Part shown: positions 1-10,690 of the stretch, in pieces | Layout: every line of letters begins with the position of its first letter | Position numbering within the stretch: position 1 is the stretch's first letter | Assembly (NCBI RefSeq): GCF_001194135.2 | Contig: NC_068982.1 | Span: forward strand, 159,802,753-159,844,715 | DNA length: 41,963 nucleotides | Direction: 5' to 3' | Source: Octopus bimaculoides | Taxonomy: Eukaryota | Notes under the pieces: model-generated | What the model saw: only the letters and a program-made list of their open reading frames with translations | What the model was told of the DNA's origin: nothing | Database searches by the model: none | Position numbers and translations under genes: made by a program

Positions 1-43
<43 letters not shown>
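1..43. repeat. (TA)n microsatellite
   Basis: Direct reading. Confidence 0.97.
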
Positions 44-46
<3 letters not shown>

Positions 47-140
47 TGAATATAATGACGAAATAAATATATCAAATATATATTTAAATACCGATTTTAT
101 CAGCTGGCCATATATATTTATTTCGTCATTATATTCACTG
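44..140. repeat. 29-bp perfect inverted repeat with 39-nt spacer
   Basis: cagtgaatataatgacgaaataaatatat (44-72) is the exact reverse complement of 112-140. Confidence 0.95.
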
Positions 141-298
141 CGGTGATATTCTGACCATGTCGCACGAGGAGTTTTAGGCAGGCAATTTAAACTGGTGGTG
201 TACATACATGCATATATATATGTATGTATACGTTCGGATATGTAAGTATATCGTATGGTGTATATATATATATGTATGTATGTGCTTTTCTGAGTGTA

Positions 299-355
299 TT
301 CCACTGACGAAGGCAGAGAATTTCTTATGCAGAGCCAGAAATGCGGGATCTGAAA
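299..355 (+). ncRNA. Degenerate type I hammerhead-like motif (probable Penelope pLTR relic)
   Basis: TTCCA-CTGACGA-A-GGC...GCC-A-GAAA-T-gcggg-ATC-TGAAA: core boxes in correct order; stem I has one mismatch, stem II and III are weak. Confidence 0.4.
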
Positions 356-491
356 TTATCCAGCAATGTTTTGCTTGTTCATCTTGTCTCTTCGTCTACT
401 CTCCTTGTGCTATATGAACATTTAATGTGGTTTTAGAGTCACGTTTTGACTGCTATTTCCAGCGTGGTGGTATCTCTTAGATACCCTAAAT

Positions 492-533
<42 letters not shown>

Positions 534-1041
534 CAAATATTTTATAGTTTCACAAATAATGTATAATGGTTAAAAATAAACTAAAAGTCATTTAAGATAA
601 TTGGATACTATTGTAACATATCAGGCAACGTTAAGTGCTTTATAATATAGATGCATCTCTTTTACAGTCTCTTTTGCAATAAAACCACGTTGAAGGTGAT
701 GATTTCCTTTCTGTAAAGTGTGTGCGAAAGAATGTTTCGTAAAATTTTAGAACTGAGTAAATAAAATATCTAGCGTCACGTACACACTGTTTTTACTTGC
801 ATTTTGGTGGAAGTGCGGATAATGTTTGAGGATAAGGTTGAGGAGGGTATTGGATTTAACCAAACCCAAGAGGATACAGGTAATACTGAGTATGTGCTGT
901 ATACCGACTAGTTTGCCCCAATCGTTGTATGAACAGGATTGGGGATTATAAGTCGTATATTAGCGTGTGTATATGTAAATATATAAAAATAAAAAGATAA
1001 AGAGAGTAATGGTAAGGTTGGAGAAGTATTTTATGGATAGA

Positions 1042-1090
1042 GTCTTACAGCTGTTTCTGGGAAGATCCAGTACTTCCCTTCATCGGAGAC
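1042..1090 (-). ncRNA. Type I minimal hammerhead ribozyme (variant), mirror copy
   Basis: Exact reverse complement of 1432-1480. Confidence 0.68.
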
Positions 1091-1431
1091 AGAAAAAATA
1101 AAGTAATCTATTATTATATCCATAGGCGGATATTTTTAGTATGAAGTGGTAAAGAGTGTGATGCGCTGAAAAAAGAGAGAACAGTAATTGAAGTGTAGTT
1201 TCATTCTAGTAGTAAAAATCCGTCTAGGAATCCGTGTAGGAATCCGTGTAAAGTAATCCGGATTATCCCCATAAGGATTACTTTACACGGATTCCTACAC
1301 GGATTTTTACTACTGGAATGAAACTACACTTCAAGTACTGTTCTCTCTTTTTTCAGCGCATCACACTCTTTACCACTTCATACTAAAAATATCCGCCTAT
1401 GGATATAATAATAGATTACTTTATTTTTTCT

Positions 1432-1480
1432 GTCTCCGATGAAGGGAAGTACTGGATCTTCCCAGAAACAGCTGTAAGAC
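1432..1480 (+). ncRNA. Type I minimal hammerhead ribozyme (variant core CCGAUGA)
   Basis: Stem I GTCT/AGAC; CCGATGA; A-GGGAAG(TACTGGAT)CTTCCC-A stem II; GAAA; palindromic stem III ACAGCTGT; GUA triplet, predicted cleavage after 1476. Matches the minimal PLE hammerhead architecture. Confidence 0.68.
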
Positions 1481-1571
1481 TCTATCCATAAAATACTTCT
1501 CCAACCCTACCATTACTCTTTTTATCTTTTTATTTTTCTAAAATTTCATTGAGTGTGTTAACTTAAAAAGC

Positions 1572-1770
1572 NNNNNNNNNNNNNNNNNNNNNNNNNNNNN
1601 NNNNNNNNNNNNNNNNNNNNNNNNNNNNNNNNNNNNNNNNNNNNNNNNNNNNNNNNNNNNNNNNNNNNNNNNNNNNNNNNNNNNNNNNNNNNNNNNNNNN
1701 NNNNNNNNNNNNNNNNNNNNNNNNNNNNNNNNNNNNNNNNNNNNNNNNNNNNNNNNNNNNNNNNNNNNNN
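1572..1770. other. Assembly gap
   Basis: N run. Confidence 1.
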
Positions 1771-1795
1771 ATATATATATATATAAATTATACAC

Positions 1796-1964
1796 ATATT
1801 CTGTCGTGTCTGGGGAGAATCATTCTCTTATAGTGCCTTATAATTTAACACACGCACCCGTAAAATTTCCACTTATTTCTCTTTTATTTTTCTAAAATTT
1901 CATTGAGTGTGTTAACTTAAAAAGCACCATAAGAGAATGTCTCTCCCCAGACACAACAGAATAT
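1796..1964. mobile_element. Short foldback/MITE-like hairpin repeat
   Basis: atattctgtcgtgtctggggagaatcattctcttatagtgc (1796-1836) pairs imperfectly with gcaccataagagaatgtctctccccagacacaacagaatat (1924-1964). Confidence 0.6.
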
Positions 1965-2025
1965 GCTTCAACGCACGGACTCACTTAAAGAATCTTGCAA
2001 ACCAAATACAAAACGAAATATGTAT

Positions 2026-2191
2026 AGGCGAAGGTGTGGCTGTGTGATAAGTAGCTTGCTTACCAACTATATGGTTCTGGGTTCATTCCCACTGCGTGGC
2101 ACCTTGGAAAAGTGTCTTCTACTATAGCCTCGGGCCGACCAAAGCCTTGTGAATGGATTTGTTACATGGAAACTGAAAGAAGCCCGTTGTA

Positions 2192-2222
<31 letters not shown>

Positions 2223-3202
2223 NNNNNNNNNNNNNNNNNNNNNNNNNNNNNNNNNNNNNNNNNNNNNNNNNNNNNNNNNNNNNNNNNNNNNNNNNNNNNN
2301 NNNNNNNNNNNNNNNNNNNNNNNNNNNNNNNNNNNNNNNNNNNNNNNNNNNNNNNNNNNNNNNNNNNNNNNNNNNNNNNNNNNNNNNNNNNNNNNNNNNN
2401 NNNNNNNNNNNNNNNNNNNNNNNNNNNNNNNNNNNNNNNNNNNNNNNNNNNNNNNNNNNNNNNNNNNNNNNNNNNNNNNNNNNNNNNNNNNNNNNNNNNN
2501 NNNNNNNNNNNNNNNNNNNNNNNNNNNNNNNNNNNNNNNNNNNNNNNNNNNNNNNNNNNNNNNNNNNNNNNNNNNNNNNNNNNNNNNNNNNNNNNNNNNN
2601 NNNNNNNNNNNNNNNNNNNNNNNNNNNNNNNNNNNNNNNNNNNNNNNNNNNNNNNNNNNNNNNNNNNNNNNNNNNNNNNNNNNNNNNNNNNNNNNNNNNN
2701 NNNNNNNNNNNNNNNNNNNNNNNNNNNNNNNNNNNNNNNNNNNNNNNNNNNNNNNNNNNNNNNNNNNNNNNNNNNNNNNNNNNNNNNNNNNNNNNNNNNN
2801 NNNNNNNNNNNNNNNNNNNNNNNNNNNNNNNNNNNNNNNNNNNNNNNNNNNNNNNNNNNNNNNNNNNNNNNNNNNNNNNNNNNNNNNNNNNNNNNNNNNN
2901 NNNNNNNNNNNNNNNNNNNNNNNNNNNNNNNNNNNNNNNNNNNNNNNNNNNNNTGTGTGTGTATGTATGTATGCACGTGTGTATGTTTGTGTCTGGTTGC
3001 CCCCCCACCCCCACCCCATCATCGCTTGACAACCGATGCTGGTGTTTTTGCGTCCCCGTAAAATAGCGGTTCGGCAAAAGGGACCGATAGAGTAAGTACT
3101 AGGCTTACAAAGAATAAATCCTGGGGTCGATTTGCTCGAATAAAGGCGGTGCTCTAGCATGGCTGCAGTCAAATGACGGAAACAGGTAAAAGAGTAAGAG
3201 AG
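2026..3202 (+). mobile_element. tRNA-derived SINE (octopus-type, CORE-like), interrupted by microsatellite and gap
   Basis: Pol III A-box-like TGGCTGTGTGAT and B-box-like GGTTCATTCCC, CORE-like CACCTTGG.AAGTGTCTT, internal (TA)/(TG) tract, tail ...GGCGGTGCTC...; colinear with 5111-5568 and 31868-32242. Confidence 0.85.
2223..2953. other. Assembly gap (inside SINE microsatellite)
   Basis: N run. Confidence 1.
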
Positions 3203-3915
3203 TATATGTTGCGCCATCTCATAAATAATGCTGGTGTTTTCAATTGTATGAACTAAAAGTCGGAGTGGGACAGAATAAATTACCGGCATCAACTTGCTAT
3301 TAAAGTAGGTCGTAATATTACCATGTACTTATTCTTAGTGCAAGTTTTGAAGAGTGGAGTCTGAGTTTAAGAGTTATATTTTTAAAGCTATAGTGGAAAT
3401 GGCATAAGAGCATATTCAGCATATTTTGTTTATGAAATCAGTAAAGGTAACAACGTAACGGAAAGCGCGAGGAATAGTAATGCAGTATATGGCGATCGGA
3501 CAATAAGTGTAAGCCAGGGTCAACGGTGGTTACTGAAATTCCGAGCCAGAAACAACAGTCTTGACTATGAGCCTTATCTTGGAAGATCAGTAGAGTTCTA
3601 CGAGAAAGTCCAGAAAACCCTGGTGGATCAAAATCCCATCGTACCAATTGAGAAACTATCAAAAAAAGCTTGGATTTGGTCATTCAAACATTCATGGACA
3701 CCAGCGCTACAAGAAAAACAGTCATCTTTGGTTTCAAAACGAAAGACGTTCTTCAATATGGATAGTGCTTGGCCACATACAATGAGGATGACTTTCTGAA
3801 TGTTGGAGCAGTTGGAATGGGAAACGATGCCACACTCATCATATCCGCCGGACATTCCTCCATCTGATTATCATTTATTCCGCAGTCTTCAAAATCATTT
3901 GGAGGGGAAAACATG
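3203..3915 (+). mobile_element. Mariner transposon fossil, internally deleted transposase pseudogene
   Basis: From ATG at 3399 the N-terminal HTH region (EHIQHIL...GNN..ESARN.NAVYGD..IS...QRW..KFR) is fused to the C-terminal motifs DSAWPHT (HDNARPH) and YPPDIPPSDYHLFRSLQNHLEGK (YSPDLAPSDYHLF); stops and frameshifts; WVPHEL and first catalytic D region absent. Confidence 0.88.
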
Positions 3916-4887
3916 AATTCTGTATACCTGTGCCTAAATATTAGTTAGATTTTAGATCGATTCGCAGAAGTATAATGCAAGTAGAATATTGACTTCTTTT
4001 AACCTACTACATTTTATTCGGCGTTAAATTTCCAGTTTTAATTTTACCAACCACTTTATCTACATTCTACGTAGTATAACAGCTTTCGTTTCTCTGAATT
4101 CTTTTAAGGCTAAATCTTATTTAATGCATTTGTTAGATGCTATTCATAACCCTTATGAATTATCAATTTAGTATTTACAAAAGTTCTTTCATTAGGGGTA
4201 AGAGCCATTTCATCAGTGCTTTTAATATATACTAGTTTCCGTTTTTCTAATTATTTATTATATACATAATCAATGGCTAAACTGAAAGCATTACAGCTAA
4301 GTTATCAACAGTGAGTAGACAATCAAATTCAAGATGGCTGAGATGAACACTAAATCTAAAGGGAAGAAGTTATACATAGCAAATATATACGTCTGTCATC
4401 CTTTCCATCCGATTAACTTCAATGCAATATCGATTACACGTTACCATTGATTCTTGGTAACATTTAAAGAACAAGGAAAAAACCTTCGTTGTCAGAGACA
4501 AAAGAGCGAATAAATAACGTTGAGATTTTCCGAATGTCTCAAAGGGCTTTAATCGGCATTTATTGATTGAAGAAAATTATCGAATAATTTCAACGCTCAT
4601 TTCAATACACACCTCATTCATATTATAGCTTAACACACCAGCTTCCGCAGGCAAAATTTTTATCATCAAATTTCTTTGAATGTGTTCTGTATTGTAAAGG
4701 CGATACTTTGTTTCTTTTGTATGATAATTTGTCAAGACTTACGATGTTAGGTGAGGTATAACTGTTTATTTGTGGGGATTATTTTTCGAATACACATGAC
4801 CTTAAAATACAGTATATCAATGTAAGCAGCAACTGGTGGTGGTGGTGGTGGTGGTGGTGCTTGTATTGGTGCTGCTGTTTCTGCTGC

Positions 4888-4888
<1 letters not shown>

Positions 4889-4953
<65 letters not shown>
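4889..4953. repeat. (TAG)n microsatellite (preceded by (TGG)n)
   Basis: Direct reading; explains the poly-Y/poly-H ORF 4779-5042. Confidence 0.97.
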
Positions 4954-5110
4954 AATCTTTTAAAAATAACGATGGTGATAGTGGTGTTAATGACTAACAT
5001 AAATTCAGAGGGCACATAAAACGTTATAAAGACGGGCTGCATCGAAGCATATGGTCTGTCAATACTTGTAAAAGTGTTTTGAAAAGAAAGAGTCTGTAGA
5101 CGCAGTCTGG

Positions 5111-5305
5111 AGGTGCAGAAGTGGCTGTGTGGTAAGTAGCTTGTTTACCAACCATATGGTTTCGGGTTCAGTCCCACTGCGTGGCATCTCGGGCAAGAGT
5201 CTTCTACTATAGCCTCGGGCCGACTAATGCCTTGTGAGTGGATTTGGTAGACAGAAACTGAAAGGACCCCGTCGTATATATATATATATATATATATATA
5301 TAATG

Positions 5306-5349
<44 letters not shown>

Positions 5350-5568
5350 TGTTTGTGTGTCTGTGTTTGTCCCCCTACTGTCTATCGCTTGACAACCGAT
5401 GTTGGTGTGTTCAGTTCCCGTAAATTAGCGGTTCGGCAAAAGGACCGATAAAATAAGTACTAGGCTTAGAAAGAATAAGTCCTGGGGTCGATTTGTTCGA
5501 CTAAAGGTGGTGCTCCAGCATAGCCGTAGTCAAATGACTGAATCAAATGAAAGAATAAAAGAATAAAT
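5111..5568 (+). mobile_element. tRNA-derived SINE, full-length copy
   Basis: A box TGGCTGTGTGGT (5122-5133), B box GGTTCAGTCCC (5165-5175), CORE-like segment, internal (TA)n(TG)n, tail ending in AAAGAATAAAAGAATAAA. Confidence 0.9.
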
Positions 5569-8500
5569 AGGAATTGTTGTTCCTGACATTGCCACTGCTT
5601 TTATTGTGGTGGTGGTTGCCGTTGTTGTTCAATTTTGTGTTCCTGATTTTATAAAATGATAGTTTCCACATACTTTTAAGATGAATATCTTTCAAACCTT
5701 GATTTAGTTTGTGTTCAGTATGATGTGCTGATTGCTTTTGAACTTGAGGGATAGTTTGGGAACAATACCTCTAAACTATATTTCGACTGAGTGGATTTAA
5801 ATGGGAACAGATTCTATGAACCCTTCAAAAGAATACTAGTTTGAATCTATGTCTTGTTATGCCTATTAAAACATGTATTTTCTTTATCGAAATGTTTACT
5901 TTTAATGAAATACTGGAGAAGTAATATTTTCCTTTTTATATGCTTTAATATCTTCAATTCTGCGAGACAGAATTTTTATCAGAGTAGTACACGCCATTTA
6001 TATGTAATTCAATATGGAAGTTGCTTTGTTTCAGATTTTCGTTGTTCGAATATAAACAGGAAATTTTTGGAAGATCATTGAATATATTATGACGTATACT
6101 TGCTTGATTATTTCTCTAAAAGTAAATTAAATCATTCACATGCAGTGTATTTGCTTTTGAAACTTTTATAATTTCTTTGTGTTTATGCATATGTGAATGT
6201 GTAGGAATGTGTGTGTGTATGTGTGTGTGTGTCTTTGTGTGTTTGTGTGTTTGTGTGTGTGTGTGTATTTTTATTTTGAAGATAAGCAAAAAGATTTGTT
6301 TCGGTTTAAGAATTGAATAATTAGTAGTTAAATGTTTATGTAATTAATGATAATTTTAGAATTCTAAAGCGTTATCTTGCACTGTATTAAATATTTGAGT
6401 TCCTACATCATTAGCGAAGGAGATTTTGATATCAGTAAATTACAAATAATGATTTTTATATGTATTATATAGATAAATATTAACACATGCATAAGCGTTA
6501 GAGGTAACCGTGAATGAGTTATTTTGTGTATATCTTACACTATAGATATTGAGAAATGATGTAGGCATGTATTTCAGAAAAACTAATACATCCTAGAGAA
6601 TACATTGTTAATTTAAACATTGAAGGTATTATCTTCAACATTGCTGTCATATAGAGGCTGCTTCATATTCGTTTAACGTCATGTGGTTTGGATGTCTAGA
6701 TATGATATGAGTTTCATAAGTTCTCTAAATTCTAAATATTTCATGTTGCGTTTGAGTTTCATTAATCAACGTCGTTTAGCGGTTGAGATAGCTTCAATAA
6801 TTACATACCAGTTGTGAGTAATAGCTAACGAATAGTCTTTAAATAGCATTCTTAAATTAGGATGTGGTTTAGATAATGTAATTGGTTCATACACCCTTAA
6901 GAATGGTGCTATCGTCACGGTTGGAATGGTATTTACCAGCGTTGAATAGTAGCCAGACTACACAAGCAAAACAATGGCCTTATCGGCTAAAAGATATTTC
7001 ATGATACTTGCCAATGCCGTTGCAGCAGGTTGTACGTATTTGGTATAGATGTTCCCGATGACCTGCCGATGAGGGAACAGGATCAAAGGACATATTTTTA
7101 CGCTAAACAGTGATTCTCAACGTTTCTAGCTCAGAACACTCTTTCAAAAACACAAAGAATATTTTAAAACTACTCTCTTCGCATTTAAACAAAACGTATA
7201 AAGGCTGTTCACCCCGTAAATATTTTTACGGCATTTTCGGAAAACATGTGACGATTGATGTAAGTAAGCTCTATTTGACCTCGTAACATCTTAAGCATAT
7301 TTGGCACTCATAATAGTAGGTATTATTCATATGTTCCACAAAAAAGGTGATTAAAATATGTTTAAGATATGTTTCAGCTGCCAGCATTGAATTTGCAAGA
7401 AAATTACAACATCTCTAAATGTCGTGTCTCTAGTATCCCTTTAAAAAATACACTCGTATATGTTGCATACAAAATAATTTTGAAGTGTTCTTATGTATTA
7501 TATTACACATTACAACGGAGAATAAAACTATGCATACGTAATTAATTTATTTTGCATTAATCTGTAGGTGCCTTACTACAAATAATATCGAAATATCCCT
7601 AAAGATATTACGTAATTTAGTCGCTGCTACACTACGCTTTAAGCAAAATCAGGAGGTTCAAAGCTAGAAAACCTTTCATCATAGGATTGCTGTATCAAAT
7701 CTGGCATGAAGCCAAACAACAAAAGCAGAGCTGTCAATATATAATTACCTCAATGCGTTTGTTGATATCTGCATTTATGCCATCGATCGAAGCAACTTGC
7801 TACTTCTGTTTTAAATTGGTTAAATTGAACTTTTCTTGTAAATGTTTAACACAGTGTTGGGTTCCACATAATCATTCAACTATATACATCTGATTCCAAC
7901 CATGAGACGCCTACACATAGAAGTCGGATTTTTCGTGGAAGTATCGGATGTAACTTTATTTAATTTGTCATTGCCGTTCGCTTACTGTCGTATGCGTCTA
8001 TTATACGTGAAAACACCAAGAAATTTCAGCGAAATGCTTAACGGTTCAATAATGAAGAACTGTAGTTGAATTACTTAACAGATTTTGTTGAAAATCGTTA
8101 TAACTACGTGAAGATACTCTGTCATTAATATTGATATTAACGATAAAAAAGCAATTAAAAAAGACAATTTTTATACACAACTTAATTAATAAACTTTTAA
8201 AAGTCATAGAGAAGTAAAATTTGACAAATTTAAAAACCAGTAATAAAATATGAAAGAAAATAATTGAAATTACGACAGCTGACGAACAGATGCGTTAACT
8301 GATAAAATAATAGTCGATACTGAAGGGAATTGTAGATGTATATTGTAGATGTAAATTAGTGGATTGTAGATGAAAATGTTTCATGCTTACATTATATATT
8401 AAATATAGTCTGCCATTCCAACGATATTGCGACGTACTTCTTTTCTTGTTACACATGTAGGTTTTGATCACATACTGTTACAAGGCTATTCTTTTGAAGT

Positions 8501-9191
8501 TGTGACATTAAAGAAATTTTATTTTGTCGGGTATTTCGGCTACAGTGGCACACATGCGACATGTGTCAGTAATTATGTTATTTATATAACGTGTCAAAGA
8601 TTGTCTTTCAAAGTGAACAATACCTGAGGTCACATCTACTCACATTAACTATGTGTTTCTGTTTACAAACACTTTTACACTTAGAACGCAAGGAAAATTA
8701 ATATAATACGTTTCGGAATCTCAGATTTTGCCTCTGATTTAAAACATATTTGCATTCATCAGTATTAATCAATTTAATAGAATGCAGTATATCTCTAATA
8801 CATTATTTTATCGCAACCGAAGGAGAGTGTGTACAGTCTAACTCGAGTCTAGAAATCTAAAAGACCGCAACTAGATGTTAATAATGGTACCGATACTCGT
8901 TTATAATGCAATACAAAGTTTGTTATAAGCATAAATATAAACATTTACAGAAAAAGATTCGATGTAAAACTCACCATAGATACTTGAATGCCTCAGATTT
9001 TATGGGTTGCTTTGATATATTAATTTGTATGCGCATCATATAGTGAAGAACAATTAAAGCCGTCCAGAAACACGAGGACTTAAATAATGTGTGAGTAAAT
9101 ACACACGCACACACACACATACACACAAACAAACACACTCACACTCGTACAGACCCCCCCACACACACACACACACACATATATACGCTCA

Positions 9192-9225
<34 letters not shown>

Positions 9226-9239
9226 TACAAGTTCTTTGT

Positions 9240-10690
9240 CACCCCGTTAGAACACAGACAACCGAAGGAACCATTGGAGTTCTTTGCCGCCTCACCTATA
9301 ACCAGTGATGCAATAACGATGGAATACATCGACATTAGCGAAGAAGATATACTACTAGCCATAGATGAGTTGGTCCTGATCGTTTCCCAGTAATCCTCCT
9401 CAAATCGTGCAAGCATGCCTTGGCAAAACCCCTCCAGATTCTCTTCCAGAGCTTTCTTGCAAATGGCAGACTTCATAAAAGGGGAAGCAAAGCTGATGCC
9501 AAAAAAATTATAGGCCTATCTCTCTGACTTCACACATCAGCTAAGTCATGGAACGCATAGTCAGAGTGAAACTAATCACTTTCATTGAATAAAATAACTT
9601 GCTGAGTGATACTCAGCATTGATTTAGACCAGGTAGGAGCAGCCTGACCCAGCTCTTACAACATTATGAATGGGTGTTGAGGCAGTTCCTCAGCAATTCA
9701 AATGTGGACGTAATATACCTTGATATTTTAAAAAGCTTTTGACAAAGTGGATCGTGGTGTGATAAGCCACAAACTGCGTGATCTCGGCATAGCTGGAAAA
9801 ATTGGAGAGTGGTTACATGACATTCTAATAGATATAAGTCAGGCGGTAGTGGCCAATGGAGCCACCTCAACGAAAACATAAGTAGTGAGCGATGTTCCAC
9901 ATGGCAATGTCTTGGGACCACTGCTTTTTAGAGTTGCCCTCTCAGACATGCCCTCAACTGCCCGGATAGCCACCCTTTCCAGCTACGCAGACGATACGAA
10001 ACAAAAGTCTCGCAGAAAATACAGAACCCCAGCGATGTTGCACATTTGCAGCAGGAGTTGGACTCAATTTAAATATGTGCTGAGGATAATAATATGCAGT
10101 TCAATGCTGAAAAATTCCAAGCCCTGCGCTACTAGCGTCAAAAACGGAATATGAAACTTACAGGGTACGCTGATCAACAGGGAATTACAACCCCAGAGCC
10201 TAAATCAGTGAGGGACATCGGTATCAACATGAAAGGCTGAAAAAACAGCTAAGACTCTACTCCCTGGAGGGAAAGCGGGAGAGGTATGCAGTAATATACA
10301 TCTAGAAGATCCTGGAAGGAACTGTGCCAAATTTTGGCATTTTAAGCTATACCAACGATCCCAGCAATACCATCGCGCTTCAGGACCAGTTACTACAACA
10401 GCGTGTGTTTCAGGGGCCAACAGCCTTTTAATATTCTCCCAAAGTGCCTGAGGAACGTGTACAAAGTAGATGTAGGCGTTTTTAAATCAAAGCTGAACCT
10501 CTTCCTGTCGAGAGACCAAGACGAACCTACTCCACGGCAAGAGGTGCAAAATGAAGGTCGCTACATAAAACTCCATTCTTCACCAAGGGCCACATATTAG
10601 AGGAGGATCTCAGTAATAACAGTGTAGAAAAACGGCGGTGCTCCAAAATTTTCACAACTCTGAGCTGAAACTACAAGAAATAATGTAAAT
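9240..10690 (+). mobile_element. 5'-truncated LINE (CR1/L2/Jockey-group RT) ORF2 pseudogene with 3' tail
   Basis: Decayed frames read GPDRFPVILLKSCK..LAKPL, NYRPISLTSHISKVMERIV, YLDILKAFDKVD, SDVPHGNVLGPLLF, SYADDTK; many frameshifts and stops. Confidence 0.9.

Larger units (their letters stand above)
985..1537. mobile_element. Long near-perfect palindrome; probable head-to-head Penelope-like pLTR pair
   Basis: Arms 985-1259 and 1275-1537 are reverse complements with only a few substitutions and one extra ~12-bp AGGAATCCGT-type unit in the left arm; loop 1260-1274; each arm carries a hammerhead motif pointing outward. Confidence 0.75.

Noticed and set aside
620-960. Possible Penelope ORF N-terminus continuing from the palindrome on the minus strand
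   Set aside because: Frames are broken and I recognise no diagnostic motif; position is suggestive only.
6700-7080. Possible old interspersed repeat
   Set aside because: No second copy in the window and no structural hallmark to support a call.
8698-8769. Minus-strand CTGATGA...GAAACGTA hammerhead-like boxes
   Set aside because: Base of stem II is unpaired and stem I only forms in a register incompatible with stem III; likely chance or too decayed.
8967-8977. ATG|GTGAGT start-plus-donor on the minus strand
   Set aside because: A single splice-like site with no matching downstream coding exon found.
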